Positions 52,421-63,507 of a stretch of 64,000 bases of DNA are shown in pieces; positions within the stretch are counted from its first letter, which is position 1, and each line of letters begins with the position of its first letter. The notes beneath the pieces are model-generated. The model made no database searches. It was not told where the DNA came from and worked only from the letters and a program-made list of their open reading frames with translations. Source of the stretch: a virus; the IMG/VR virus record IMGVR_UViG_3300031772_000009, positions 27,362 through 91,361 of that record. The stretch is one strand, 5' to 3'. The position numbers and the translations under genes were made by a program.

Positions 52421-53108
52421 CCTCAAGATTTACTATGACGCTGAAAAGACTAAAGAGATAGAAAATAAAATCTTGGCTGAATATGGAGACAGAAAGAAGG
52501 ATTGGGCTAAAACTGGTTATAACGTAAGCGAATGTTCCAACTGTGAAATGAAAACGTTCAATCGGAGAACTGGAGTTACAGAAACAAAAACCAAGCAAAA
52601 CATCGGGTTTATGGTTTTCGGAATTATAGCAGAAATAGTCATGACAAGCATTTATCCAGAAAACCAGAGACAATACGAAGCAAACTTGAACGAATTGATT
52701 TGGGGACATATGGACGTTTACGAAAACTTGGAATTTCCGATTGAAGGAAAGGCAACAGCCAAACGTATTTTCAAAGCCAAAGATTTACCGATAAACTGGG
52801 TGATGCAACTCGTTAACTATTTGACTATGAGTAAAGGAAACAAAGGTTGGCTGGTGATATTGGATATTTTCACCAGAAGTATTTCAGTATTTTGTGTGGA
52901 ACTTCCAGCCGAAGACAAACTTAGCCAAATAGAAGTTTTGATGGATAAAGTGTCACGTTTCGACAAGGCAATACTGGCAAAAGACACAACTGGTCTTTCG
53001 GTTTCTCTTTCAATTTCTCCAGAAGAATATGAACTGTGCAATTTTAAACATGACTGTTCAAGAAGACTAGAATGTAAAGCCAAATATGCAGAACTGAAGA
53101 AGAAGTAA
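52413..53108 (+). CDS. Cas4-like / PD-(D/E)XK exonuclease
   Basis: GHMD...EGK, QLVNY, N- and C-terminal Cys cluster. Confidence 0.65.
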   Translation: MSNLKIYYDAEKTKEIENKILAEYGDRKKDWAKTGYNVSECSNCEMKTFNRRTGVTETKTKQNIGFMVFGIIAEIVMTSIYPENQRQYEANLNELIWGHMDVYENLEFPIEGKATAKRIFKAKDLPINWVMQLVNYLTMSKGNKGWLVILDIFTRSISVFCVELPAEDKLSQIEVLMDKVSRFDKAILAKDTTGLSVSLSISPEEYELCNFKHDCSRRLECKAKYAELKKK

Positions 53109-53250
53109 TTTGAATCTGATAATCTATTATTTTGCCCAATTAATGTATAGGACTTACAAACTTCTCTGCAACTACATTCCAGAAGGGTCAAAAAGCCATA
53201 GTGGAAAACCCAATCTGATTCTGGACGGTTTCAGAACAATATTTTATTTC

Positions 53251-54368
53251 TTAGGACGCTTTATAGATTAGAATCTTAACATGAAGAGAAACCACATGAT
53301 GGTCTAAATATGTTGCAAGTCTTTCGAAAGGACTTTTATTACTTGGATACCTTTCAGTTCTAGGAATCAATTCAAATGATGTTGGCAAATCCGCACAATA
53401 ATAAGTCATTGTGGGGTCGCCTTGAAAAGCAATAATAAACGGTAAACCAATCATACAATCTCTTTTCCGTCTATCCTTATGTTTATCATGGAGATTACGA
53501 TATTTATGTCTCTCAACAAGTCTTTGATGTTGATAAACTCTTTCCCGTTCTATAGTCCGTTTTCTTTCTTTCTCTTTTCGTTCTTTCTCTCTTTTTTTTC
53601 TGTCTTCTTCATCAGTCATATTACATTCCTCTCTCATCCCGTTCATGGTAACTTTGTTGTGTTTCTTCAGTATCTTTCTCTTCTAATTTCGCTTTTTCCT
53701 CTTCAACGAGTTCATCTAATATTTCAGCCGCTCTTAACTTGTTTTTATTTCTAAGATGAACAATGTATTTTTCACGGATTTCTTCACGTCCTTCTTCTCT
53801 AAGTCTCTCTTCCATTTTTTTCCTATCAGCCTCTTCTTTCTCCGCTTCAGCTTTCAACTCTGCAATACTACCAATTTTGCTTTTAGGAATAAACTTTGCT
53901 CTTTCAAGCAAATCCATGATTTCTTCACCGTAAGGACATGTGGCAAGTTCTTTTGCAAGGTCTTTAGCATTATCGGCTTCACACTCAATTTCAACCGTGT
54001 AAGCCTCTTCATCTTCTCCAGTCATTGGATTCTTGTCTTTCATTATCTTAATAATACGAATACTTGCTGGCATGGAATAGTCACTATAAATATATGACCG
54101 TTCCGTGGTTATAAGTATTATGTTACTCGGAAAGCAAATCCATCAAATGTTCCAAGAACTCTTGAAGTTCTTTTTTATTCATTTTCTTGATTTCGTCTCT
54201 CTCGGCACAAACAACCCTATATATCTCACGTAGTTGTCTTCTTGCTTCCATATTGTTAAGAGTGGCATTAGTGTGTTTTCTTTCTATCCATGTCCTAATT
54301 ATTAGAACTACAAACATGCCAACCGTGACAATTAAATTTAGAAGGTAGAGTTCTTCAATTCCAATCAT
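53251..54368 (-). CDS. three hypothetical ORFs downstream of terminase
   Basis: 53251-53646, 53621-54073, 54123-54368 (last one has an N-terminal TM). Confidence 0.5.
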
Positions 54369-54544
54369 TGGTTATTCGCCAATTCATTAAAGAGTCTGTG
54401 CCATCTGCAATGAAAACATTCGTCAATGGTCTTTTTACCGTTTCTCTCTTCGCATCGCCTACAAAATTCAGTATGGATACGTTTTAATGCTTCCATTGAA
54501 ACGACTCCAGATATTGTATAGTGAATTGTCCCTAATAAACTTTG

Positions 54545-56251
54545 TCATTTCCATTCTACTCCCTTAAAGAAATCGTCCTCTTTAATCTGTGTTTTAGATT
54601 GAGTTTGAAACTTGAGAAACTCCTCAAATATGCTTTCTCCACTTTCCTCAACTTCGAAACCATCCATGGAATAACATAACGAGTCGAAACTGTGGTCGTC
54701 AATCTTTCTTATCTTTCCATTTTTGTCCCATGCCAACTTTCTCAATGAAGCAGTAAGATACCAGAAAGCTTTTGGCACAATAATTTTGTGTCTCTCAACA
54801 AAATTGATGGTTCTATATACCCGTTCCGATTTCTCTTGTTCCGCTATAATATACACGGCGTATCCCTTCTCTTCTAACGGTTCATTCAAATGTTTTCCAG
54901 CCGCATTTGGGTCTGGAATAAACGTGTAAGTTTTATATTGCTTGCAAATTTCGTCTATCCAATCTGGTTTTTCCGTGTCCTTCATGCCTAATTGTTCATC
55001 GTTGAACAGAACGAAAACTACGTCTTTCTTTCTTCCGATAATAGTTAATGAACACGGAGCGTCTGAATATCCATAATCAAATCCCGCTTGCCTATCTATT
55101 ATATATTTCGTTGGGTCTTCTTCTGTGCCGAGTTCTCCAAGTTTCACAAGTTTACATTCTTTCCAATTGTAAGGTTCACAATTTTCACAGAGACTACATA
55201 TACAAACGTCTAAATCACCCTTTTTGAATACTGCTCCAGAAGCCATACTTGCTCCACCTAAAGCTTCACAGAGCCATTCTTCATCACTTTTGCTTTTTCG
55301 TTTATCACTTATTTCTTTTCGTGTCACCCACCATACATTGGGAATCCAATGGGTTGGGTCTTTATCAGTGTAAACTTTGTATGGGTCTGTTTCTCCATTA
55401 ATGTGTTTTGCTATAGACCATCTGTAAACTTTCTGGAAACCATACTTTTCTGGATTCTTCATGTAATCATAAAACTTTCCAAATATATAATGAACTGTGG
55501 AACTCAAAAGTAATACACTACATCTTTTTCCAGTAAGTTGCCACTGGACAGCCGCAACTGCTTTAGCACCATCTTCACTTTTTGATTCTGCTTCACATGC
55601 TTCGTCTATTTCCACAATGTTAACATGTGGTCCCCTTGCGGCTGTGGTACTACATGGTGGAAACTTTATTAGACTTCTCCCTAATGTTTTAGCGTAACGT
55701 CTTATTCCCTTCAACGACTTATAAATGATTTTTCCAATCATTGGAATATCCATTCTCCAATCATCAATATAATCTTGTATTAACTCTGACTGTTCACCAG
55801 AACCACCCATACAAGTTATTGAGATGTGGTCTTCCGTTGTTGTTTTCCAACAGTTGAATATTCCAAAAATAAAGGTTTTTCCAGCCCCTCTAGCCGCCGC
55901 CAATATAGCCGTAGTAATATTGTTTTTCCATAAATCAATTAGAAACTCTTTTTGTTCTTCAGACAAAATGAGATGGTAAGGAATACCATTGTCTCTGAAT
56001 TTAGGATGTTCTGTTCCTATAGAACAATCATCGTTACATGGTAAAATTGGATTATTATTCGGGTCATAATCTGGATGTATTGGAACGTCCATTGGACAAG
56101 TAAGCAAGTGTTCAGCAAACTCTACTGGTCCACGGTCTCTCCAACGTTTTTGCCAATCTTCTATTTCTTGTTTACTTAAATCTTTCTTATCAGTATGTCT
56201 ACGGAGTAGTTCTTTTCTTGCTCGGCTGTAATCATCTCTGGACGACATCAC
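54545..56251 (-). CDS. terL: terminase large subunit
   Basis: AARGAGKT, ARG..VEIDEA, SST, GFDYG, DDHSFDSLCY. Confidence 0.9.
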   Translation of the reverse strand: MMSSRDDYSRARKELLRRHTDKKDLSKQEIEDWQKRWRDRGPVEFAEHLLTCPMDVPIHPDYDPNNNPILPCNDDCSIGTEHPKFRDNGIPYHLILSEEQKEFLIDLWKNNITTAILAAARGAGKTFIFGIFNCWKTTTEDHISITCMGGSGEQSELIQDYIDDWRMDIPMIGKIIYKSLKGIRRYAKTLGRSLIKFPPCSTTAARGPHVNIVEIDEACEAESKSEDGAKAVAAVQWQLTGKRCSVLLLSSTVHYIFGKFYDYMKNPEKYGFQKVYRWSIAKHINGETDPYKVYTDKDPTHWIPNVWWVTRKEISDKRKSKSDEEWLCEALGGASMASGAVFKKGDLDVCICSLCENCEPYNWKECKLVKLGELGTEEDPTKYIIDRQAGFDYGYSDAPCSLTIIGRKKDVVFVLFNDEQLGMKDTEKPDWIDEICKQYKTYTFIPDPNAAGKHLNEPLEEKGYAVYIIAEQEKSERVYRTINFVERHKIIVPKAFWYLTASLRKLAWDKNGKIRKIDDHSFDSLCYSMDGFEVEESGESIFEEFLKFQTQSKTQIKEDDFFKGVEWK

Positions 56252-56550
56252 TTACTCAACTTTAACAGTTCAAACTCTATGCGTCCCTCTTCTTTAGTAA
56301 GGAATCCCAATGCTAGACGACACTCTCTAAGTATTCCTCTTTTCGCATCTATGGCTTTGATTAATACGGAAGCAACTTTAAAGTCTATTTTTCCACTTTT
56401 AAGGTCATCACTTATTTCATCTAGTTTCTTATCAAATTCCTTACCCCTTTCTTCTACTCCTTCAATAGTCAAGAGTTTCTTCATTCTCAACTCTTGAATC
56501 TTATTCTTTAATTCTTGAATTTTTTCTTTATCCGTTTTAGGTTCAGACAT
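56248..56550 (-). CDS. possible terminase small subunit
   Basis: Helical 100-aa ORF overlapping the terL start; position only. Confidence 0.3.
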   Translation of the reverse strand: MSEPKTDKEKIQELKNKIQELRMKKLLTIEGVEERGKEFDKKLDEISDDLKSGKIDFKVASVLIKAIDAKRGILRECRLALGFLTKEEGRIEFELLKLSK

Positions 56551-57017
56551 AACTTATCACTTTGAAATGTAAAAAAAGAAAAGGTTGGTTTATTTAGTGG
56601 TTGAAGGTCTACGCCGTTTTCCAGCAGTTTTTTCGGCAAACTCACTTTGGTAAGCTTGTATGAGTTCTTTTGGTGGTGTTTGGTTTGTCTCTCTACAGAT
56701 TGCAAGGGCTTCAGACGCTCCGATGATAGACTCTTTATGTTTTTGTCCAACTTCAAAGGATATTGGTCCATTAGCTATTCTATGTCTGAAACAACACCAG
56801 AATAGTTTTCCAGTAATACATGTTACCCATGTATGGTCTGTTCCGCATTTAGGACCAGATGCCCCGCCTTCTTTTATACTACACGGCATTTTATCTGCAA
56901 AGAAATCCCACTCTTCACAGAAGATTACGCCCTTCTTGATTTCAATGTGCTTTATTGTTAGGTCTCTACTCCAACCGTGACCTTCCATATCTTTCTCGTC
57001 TTTTGGTATTGGCATGT

Positions 57018-57815
57018 TTATCTATCTCCTCTATCCCCAGTTTTAGTGAAGTTGAAGTGACAGTATGGACATTTTTCTGGAACTTCTCCAACTATTGTTC
57101 CACGGCATTTTGGACATTCCATCATTTTGAATGCTGGAAGTCTTTCTCCCTCTTGCATTTGTTTCCAAGACTTGCCGCCAATCATTGAGCGAAGCAAAGT
57201 TTCAATTTTCTTTTTAGCGTCTTCCACTTGTTCTTTAGTGTATTGGTTAGGGAAATAATAAGCACGTCTATACAATTCGTCTACCATTGCTTGTTTAGTC
57301 TCAAACCCTTCTCCAGCCTCTCCACTTGGCGGTGGCGTAATTGGAGCTTTACCACTCGGAATTTCTTTCTTTTTGTCGGGTGGTGTTTCCTTCGTACTTG
57401 AAGCAAGCATGGTTATCAAGTCTTTTACGATTCCAACACTCTTTGGGTCTTCAAGTTTCTTCTCAATGTCACTTATTTGTTCATCAGACAACTTGCTTTT
57501 CTTTGCAAGTTCCATAATGCTATTTCTTTCCTCTTCCAATTGTTTCAAAGCTTGTGCCTCAAGAATTGCTCTCTTCTCTTTTAATTCGTCCTCAATCCGT
57601 TTCTTATCGTCCTCAAGTACCTTCTTCTCGTCTACACTAAGTTTCTTTGAAGCATCTAATTCTGCTCTTGCTTTTGCTAGGTCTTGCTGTAATGAGTCAA
57701 TCTCTGGTTGTCTACTAATCTCGACACGGTGAACGACCTTTTTCTCATCTGATTGTTCCGTAGATTCATCCACTTTCGGTTTCTTTTCTTTTCCATCTTC
57801 AGACATTTTATTCAC
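57018..57815 (-). CDS. coiled-coil scaffold-like protein with C-terminal Zn ribbon
   Basis: K/E-rich heptads; CPKC...CPYC. Confidence 0.4.
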   Translation of the reverse strand: MNKMSEDGKEKKPKVDESTEQSDEKKVVHRVEISRQPEIDSLQQDLAKARAELDASKKLSVDEKKVLEDDKKRIEDELKEKRAILEAQALKQLEEERNSIMELAKKSKLSDEQISDIEKKLEDPKSVGIVKDLITMLASSTKETPPDKKKEIPSGKAPITPPPSGEAGEGFETKQAMVDELYRRAYYFPNQYTKEQVEDAKKKIETLLRSMIGGKSWKQMQEGERLPAFKMMECPKCRGTIVGEVPEKCPYCHFNFTKTGDRGDR

Positions 57816-57939
57816 TAACCATAGAAATATGGTTACTCCTTAATAAACCCTTGTATTACAATATCCTTTTTTATATTGGCACATTGTATATAAACTCGTT
57901 TTATCATAACAATATCACGAAAAATAGGAGTAAAGAAAA

Positions 57940-58848
57940 ATGATAAACTTTGAAGAAACGAACTATACCCTAATGACTAGCGATTTGACGGACACTTGCG
58001 ACTTAATTCCAATCATAATCTGGAAGGAAATAAATCTCGGTGCAACATACAAGTTCGTTTTCATGCAAGCCGTAGAGATAACCGATATTCTCGTAGGCGT
58101 TGATGGAAACAGCATTTGTGTGCCATATCTTGACCGAGACGAATTTACTGCTAGAAGCATAACTGAAGCCGCATTGGACAGTGGTGGATATGTCAAGGAC
58201 ATACTAGCACCAGAAACCATACTGATAGAGATTGGCGACATAATTTACAATGCCACAAGAATTTCTGATGTGGTCATGGAAGATTCACCTAGCCTCGGTT
58301 GGGTAAGAGCTTCACTTCAGAAGATGGGACAAGCCATCGCTCTGAGAATTGACGAAGACATCAGAGATGCCCTAGTTGCGGGTGCGGGAGCATTCGCCGC
58401 CGCCATAACTATAGGCACACTCTCATATGATGACGTTGTAGATGCAGTTGCCTCACTAAAAGGTGCTGGTTACTGGGCTGAAGACGGAGCATATCTGCTC
58501 TTTGTCAATGCCGCACAAGAAGCAGACCTTGTTAAAGACACAAGGTTCACTGACACAGCAAGATACAGTTCAGCAAACATTCCACTGCAAGGTGAGACTG
58601 GAAAATTTGCGTCATGTAAATGTTTGGTAACAGACATTACCATGGCTTGGGGAGCAGTTGCCTACGCATTGGTAGTTGCACCGCCAACCAACAAATATGG
58701 TCCAGCCGCAATGTTCGCATGGAAACGCCACGTAAAGCAAGAAGCATGGCGTGACGCACAAGAAGGTAGAGATGTCTATCTGCTTTCGTGTCGCTACGGT
58801 GTAGAGGTAAAGTTCGCTGACGCAATAGCGTTAATTAGCGATTGCTAG
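57940..58848 (+). CDS. major capsid protein, HK97 fold
   Basis: LIP..W..., TRIS...MED, MGQAIA.RIDE, E.GK, RYG C-terminal pattern; terminator after. Confidence 0.85.
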   Translation: MINFEETNYTLMTSDLTDTCDLIPIIIWKEINLGATYKFVFMQAVEITDILVGVDGNSICVPYLDRDEFTARSITEAALDSGGYVKDILAPETILIEIGDIIYNATRISDVVMEDSPSLGWVRASLQKMGQAIALRIDEDIRDALVAGAGAFAAAITIGTLSYDDVVDAVASLKGAGYWAEDGAYLLFVNAAQEADLVKDTRFTDTARYSSANIPLQGETGKFASCKCLVTDITMAWGAVAYALVVAPPTNKYGPAAMFAWKRHVKQEAWRDAQEGRDVYLLSCRYGVEVKFADAIALISDC

Positions 58849-58951
58849 TTAACGTTACCTCAATTCTTTTTTCTGTCTAGTTAGATATGAGACTGAAAAG
58901 CATAAAGCTTATAGGTCTCGTTGTCTATTAGATAGATAAGGAAGTGGTAAC

Positions 58952-59662
58952 ATGGCGTACTGTACCTATCAAGATGTATTAGACATTACTGGTCTATCGG
59001 ATACTAGAATCTCTACTATTCATAACGGTGATTTGTCTCCCGCTCAAATTGATACTATGATAACTAGTTTTATTGCTGAAGCAGACCAACAAATAAAAGA
59101 CCTTCTTCTCATCCCCATTATTATACATGACGAGATTCATGTAATAGACGAAGACGTTAGTGTAACCAAGATTTATTTGGGAAGTTACGATGATTCTTCT
59201 CCAGTAAAGTTTCTTGAAACTTGGCAAGGAATACAACCGATAAACGTTCAAGGATTAGTTCAAGATATTCTTTGTGTTTGTTTAAACGGAGCAAGAGTTA
59301 AAACTACAGACGATAATTATCCGTGGACGTGGACTCATGCGGTTGGAAAAGACTATATTACCTTTACTAACGATTTGGGTGACGGAGACGTAATCTTAAT
59401 AAGATATTCTTATGACCCATACGCTATAAGTGTTCCGTTAAACGTGAAGAAAGCAAGTATGTGCATGGCTGGAAAAGCCTTAATAGAACATCTTATCGGA
59501 CTTAGACAGAGCATAACGGCTTTTGAGGCTGAAGGAGATAGTGCAGAAAGAATTCCAGACAAGGAAGCCCTTTTCAATACTAGAAGTATGTTGCAGAAGA
59601 TGGCTGACGATGCCCTAAACAGTGTTGGTTACGGTTTTGGCTTTGAGCCAATAAGGGGTTAA
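58952..59662 (+). CDS. head-tail adaptor/connector
   Basis: MAYCTYQDV, I.EAD..I, Y.Y...VP..VK.A. Confidence 0.7.
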   Translation: MAYCTYQDVLDITGLSDTRISTIHNGDLSPAQIDTMITSFIAEADQQIKDLLLIPIIIHDEIHVIDEDVSVTKIYLGSYDDSSPVKFLETWQGIQPINVQGLVQDILCVCLNGARVKTTDDNYPWTWTHAVGKDYITFTNDLGDGDVILIRYSYDPYAISVPLNVKKASMCMAGKALIEHLIGLRQSITAFEAEGDSAERIPDKEALFNTRSMLQKMADDALNSVGYGFGFEPIRG

Positions 59663-59719
59663 CCCTTTTTTTAAGAAAACTTTATATACTTCTTTACCTA
59701 TTCTATTTTAGGGAATCCT

Positions 59720-60160
59720 TTGACTGGCAAATTTAATGAAACAAAAAAAGCCCTTATAGCACAAATACAATCCGCCATTCCAGAAGCTACTGTAGAAGGA
59801 AACTGGAGAGAAGGTATAGGAGACATAGTTAGAAATTTACCATTCATAACTGTCCGATTGAAAGACGTTTTAGCAGACGTTTATGACCGAAATATTGGTG
59901 AAACCTCAGACGGATGTATAGCTCACTATCCCTTTTCACTATTCATTTTCCATAGTAATTGTTTAGAGAGTGGAGAAGAAAAAGGGAAATATGCTCAAGA
60001 CGTTGCAGACCGAGTAATGAGTGGTCTTGCTCCTCAACCAAGTTCAATCGGCTACGACATTGGAGAAATGAGTGCTAGAGAATCAGAACCAGAACGTGGA
60101 GCACACCGTATTAGCCGAGTAATCGTTGAAGGTTCTATCCATATCAAGAGAATTGATTGA
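59720..60160 (+). CDS. tail terminator/completion-like protein
   Basis: LPFITV motif, size, position. Confidence 0.45.
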   Translation: MTGKFNETKKALIAQIQSAIPEATVEGNWREGIGDIVRNLPFITVRLKDVLADVYDRNIGETSDGCIAHYPFSLFIFHSNCLESGEEKGKYAQDVADRVMSGLAPQPSSIGYDIGEMSARESEPERGAHRISRVIVEGSIHIKRID

Positions 60161-60575
60161 TGTGGTTTACGAAGGATATAGAGATAAAGATAAACGAAAA
60201 GAATATATGAAAGAATGGGCAAGAAAACAACGTGTGTTATATCCAAAGAAGTGTAGAGGATATAGAAGAGAATATGACCAAAATCATAAAGAACAAATTG
60301 CAGAACGTGAAAGGGAATGGCGTAGAGAGAATCCAGATTACAAATTAAGAAATAGAGAATATAACAAACGTAATCCAGAGAAAGTCAAAGCACATAATCT
60401 TGTTCATGATAAAAGAATTTCCACGTTTATTCCTTTAGGTTTGAAATGTGAACTGTGTCCAGAAGACGATAAAAGAACAGAGAAGTTAGAACGTCATCAT
60501 CCAGACTATGATTATCCAGAAATAATAGTTACTTGTTGTAAAGAGTGTCATGAGAATATAATCCAAAACGGATAG
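60126..60575 (+). CDS. HNH endonuclease
   Basis: NPEKVKAH, CELC, HHPDY, CCKECH. Confidence 0.8.
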   Translation: MKVLSISRELIDVVYEGYRDKDKRKEYMKEWARKQRVLYPKKCRGYRREYDQNHKEQIAEREREWRRENPDYKLRNREYNKRNPEKVKAHNLVHDKRISTFIPLGLKCELCPEDDKRTEKLERHHPDYDYPEIIVTCCKECHENIIQNG

Positions 60576-60650
60576 ACTAATTTTCTCACTTATAAACTTT
60601 TTGCATGTGTATTTATATACTTGTTTATATCTATTATTCTTAGATAAAAA

Positions 60651-61913
60651 ATGAAACGTTATCTAATGGCTATATCAGATGGTCCATTTAGCGGGACTGG
60701 ATTTTCTGAGCAGATGAGACATATTCTTTTTGGTTTGGCTCAGACTGGACAGTTCGATATTAGTTGGCAATGTCTACAACATATGGGTTATCCCTACGAA
60801 CTTCCAGACTCGATATTTCCAGACATTCCACATAAGGGAACATCAGTTAAGGTTTACGGAACTTACGGAGACCCATTCCATTTCGGAGCAGATGCTTTCC
60901 TAAAGAATTATAGAGACATCAATCCAGAAATGGTATTGTTTATGGGAGACCCAAGAAACATTATGCCGTATATCGGATACAAAACTAAACTTGGCTTTCC
61001 ACTCATATTTTACGTTACGCTTGACGGATTGCCAATTCATCCCCAGTGGATTGACCCACTCAAATACGTCAATTTGCTTATTGCAATGACGAATTGGGCG
61101 GCTGAAGAATACTACAAAGTTGGTTTCAGTCCAGCGTGGCTTCATCATGGAATAAACAGTAAATGGTGGAAACTGGATTCTAATAAACTGGAGAAATATT
61201 CAGTTAGACACAAGTATGGAATAAAAGACGACACTGTAGTTTTTGTTAACTGGGACATTCCACAACACCGAAAAAGAACCGATGCTTTGTTACGTTGTTG
61301 GAAAGATTTTCATCCAGAAAAGAAAAACGCTGTTCTGATTCTTTACACGGATTGGAATCTTGAACGGAGTCTCGGATGGAATGTTGAAGACTTAATCAAA
61401 CAGTATGGCGTTCCCCGCAAAACAATATTGAGTCCAACCGAACTTCAAGGAACACCCAAGTTTTATGATAGTGCAGAAAGACCAGAACGACTGAAAGATT
61501 TTGCTTGTATGGGAGACATTTACCCAAGCACTACAAGCGGCGAAGGATTCGGAATGTGTGGACTTGAAGCAATGGCAATGGGGATTCCAGTCATAATAAC
61601 GGATTATGCGGCAAGTTCGGAAGTTCACAAAAAAGGAAGTATTCTAATTCCAACTTACGAGGGAAGGACTGGACGATTCAGACTTGACGACAGACGAAGA
61701 AGCGTTGAGGCTGGAATAGTTGACGAGGCAAAGTTTACGGCGGCATTACAATATCTTTACGAGAACAAAGAAGCTAGATTGAAACTTGGAGAAGAAGCGT
61801 TGCGATGGAGTAGACGGTTCGATTTCCAGAAACAGATTATTCCGAAATGGCAATCACTTCTAGGTGGTCTAAATACGGATTTGATAACGGCTAAAGAGTT
61901 GCTGAACATATGA
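60651..61913 (+). CDS. GT-B family 4 glycosyltransferase
   Basis: TGF, HGI, RKR, EGFGMCGLEAMAMGIPVI. Confidence 0.9.
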   Translation: MKRYLMAISDGPFSGTGFSEQMRHILFGLAQTGQFDISWQCLQHMGYPYELPDSIFPDIPHKGTSVKVYGTYGDPFHFGADAFLKNYRDINPEMVLFMGDPRNIMPYIGYKTKLGFPLIFYVTLDGLPIHPQWIDPLKYVNLLIAMTNWAAEEYYKVGFSPAWLHHGINSKWWKLDSNKLEKYSVRHKYGIKDDTVVFVNWDIPQHRKRTDALLRCWKDFHPEKKNAVLILYTDWNLERSLGWNVEDLIKQYGVPRKTILSPTELQGTPKFYDSAERPERLKDFACMGDIYPSTTSGEGFGMCGLEAMAMGIPVIITDYAASSEVHKKGSILIPTYEGRTGRFRLDDRRRSVEAGIVDEAKFTAALQYLYENKEARLKLGEEALRWSRRFDFQKQIIPKWQSLLGGLNTDLITAKELLNI

Positions 61914-62221
61914 ATTTGAAGAAAGGTTTAAATAATTCAACTTGTATTGTATTACAAAAGAGTTGTTGAATATATGAACAGAATAGAAAAGTGTTTAAGG
62001 CGGATATTCAAGTCAACCAAGATTGGTTATCCTTTAGGGTACGAAACTCCATTATTTACCATGAATGAATTGGAAAATATGATACGAGGAATAAACTATG
62101 GTTGCTCCAAATGTGGTTCTCACATGTTGTTTGTTGGTATGAAACATAATTCAATCGGAATTAATGTCTGGATTCTTTGCAAATCTTGTGGGTATAAAGA
62201 AGACATAGCAGATTATGGAAG

Positions 62222-62503
62222 TTGGTAAACATGAGTGAACAACCTAAACAAGAAGAACCGTACCCAGTACATGAAACAGTGAAAGTGTTGAAGGGCAAAA
62301 CAATCTATAAGAACAAGAAGTGGTGGTATGCGGTACTGTTGACTGAAGAGTTTGGACATAAGAAAGTCAAGGTTTACATGTGGTCTTGGAACGACAAAAA
62401 GAATGGTTGGACACGTAAACAACACATTGGAATCAACTTTAGAAAGAACTGGGAAGACATGAAAGTGATAATAGAAGAATATATGAAGGAGATTGAGAAC
62501 TAA
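62222..62503 (+). CDS. PC4/whirly-like putative ssDNA-binding protein
   Basis: W-rich beta strands (YMWSW...WTRKQ..GI) next to RadA. Confidence 0.4.
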   Translation: MVNMSEQPKQEEPYPVHETVKVLKGKTIYKNKKWWYAVLLTEEFGHKKVKVYMWSWNDKKNGWTRKQHIGINFRKNWEDMKVIIEEYMKEIEN

Positions 62504-63507
62504 TGTCTGAAGAAAAAGGTAAGAAACCAGAATCAAAAGAAAAGAAAACGGTAGAAGATAAGATACGAGATTTCTATTCTACTGTTGAGATGAAAGAAAT
62601 AACTGGTAAATTGGAAAAGTTGATAATGAAACCAGTTGAAGAACCACGAAAATCTTTGAGTAGCGAAAACAGTCCTAAACTGTTAACTGGAACAGTCCTT
62701 GACGACATTCTTGGTCGTGGTGGCATTTGTGCTGGAAGACTAATAGAGGTTTACGGAGAATATGGAAGTGGAAAAACACAGATTGCCAAAACATTGGCGG
62801 CTGAAGCAAGTCAACAAGGAACAGTCATCTACATTGACGCTGAATACACGTTTAGTCCAGAAAGACAAGAACAGATTTTGAAAGCCCGTGGATTAGACAT
62901 AGAGAAATTCTGGAAAAACCTTATTATATATCAACCTAAAGACTGGATGTATCAATTGGCGGCTATTCAACAGATTCCGTCCCAAATAGACTTGGACAAG
63001 GAAGGAAGAGAACCAATCAAACTCATAATAGTTGACTCGTTACTCGCATTGATAGACACATCAGAAGACTTTGAGGGAAGACAGAACCTTCCAGTCCGAA
63101 GCCGAGTGATAAGAACTCAAATGCTCGGAAAACTTAGGCAACTTGCCCGAACACATAACTGTGTAGTCTTCTTTACCAACCAAATCCAAGATGTTCCAGA
63201 AGCCCAAAAGTGGACTCCAATGTATATGAAACAGAAGGGCAAAGGTGGTCCAACAGTTAGTCATGTTCCAGACATAATACTATATCTTAGGAAAGCGGCT
63301 GGAGACACTAGACTTGCAAGACTGATGGATAGTTCAGAACTTCCAGTTGGAGAAAGAGTCTATATTATTAACGAGAAGGGAATAGACGATGTTCCACCAT
63401 CAGTGAAGGAAAAGATAGAGAAAGCATCTAAGAAAGAAGAAGAGAAGGAACTGGACAAAATAGACGAAGAAGCAGAAACTAAGAAATCAGATAGTGAACA
63501 AGAATGA
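62503..63507 (+). CDS. radA: RadA-like recombinase lacking the N-terminal HhH domain
   Basis: TG..LDDILG.GG, EVYGEYGSGKTQ, YIDAE.TF.PER, LIIVDS, TNQ, R.ARLMDS. Confidence 0.85.
   Translation: MSEEKGKKPESKEKKTVEDKIRDFYSTVEMKEITGKLEKLIMKPVEEPRKSLSSENSPKLLTGTVLDDILGRGGICAGRLIEVYGEYGSGKTQIAKTLAAEASQQGTVIYIDAEYTFSPERQEQILKARGLDIEKFWKNLIIYQPKDWMYQLAAIQQIPSQIDLDKEGREPIKLIIVDSLLALIDTSEDFEGRQNLPVRSRVIRTQMLGKLRQLARTHNCVVFFTNQIQDVPEAQKWTPMYMKQKGKGGPTVSHVPDIILYLRKAAGDTRLARLMDSSELPVGERVYIINEKGIDDVPPSVKEKIEKASKKEEEKELDKIDEEAETKKSDSEQE

Noticed and set aside
52413-53108. Cas4 as part of a CRISPR-Cas system
   Set aside because: It is a solo Cas4-like nuclease, common in archaeal viruses, with no other cas genes or array.
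842-63264. Numerous F/L/S-rich antisense and nested ORFs in the track (e.g. 1076-1368, 2500-2898, 51535-51960, 57373-57732)
   Set aside because: They are shadows of K/E-rich genes on the opposite strand, with no motifs or SD.
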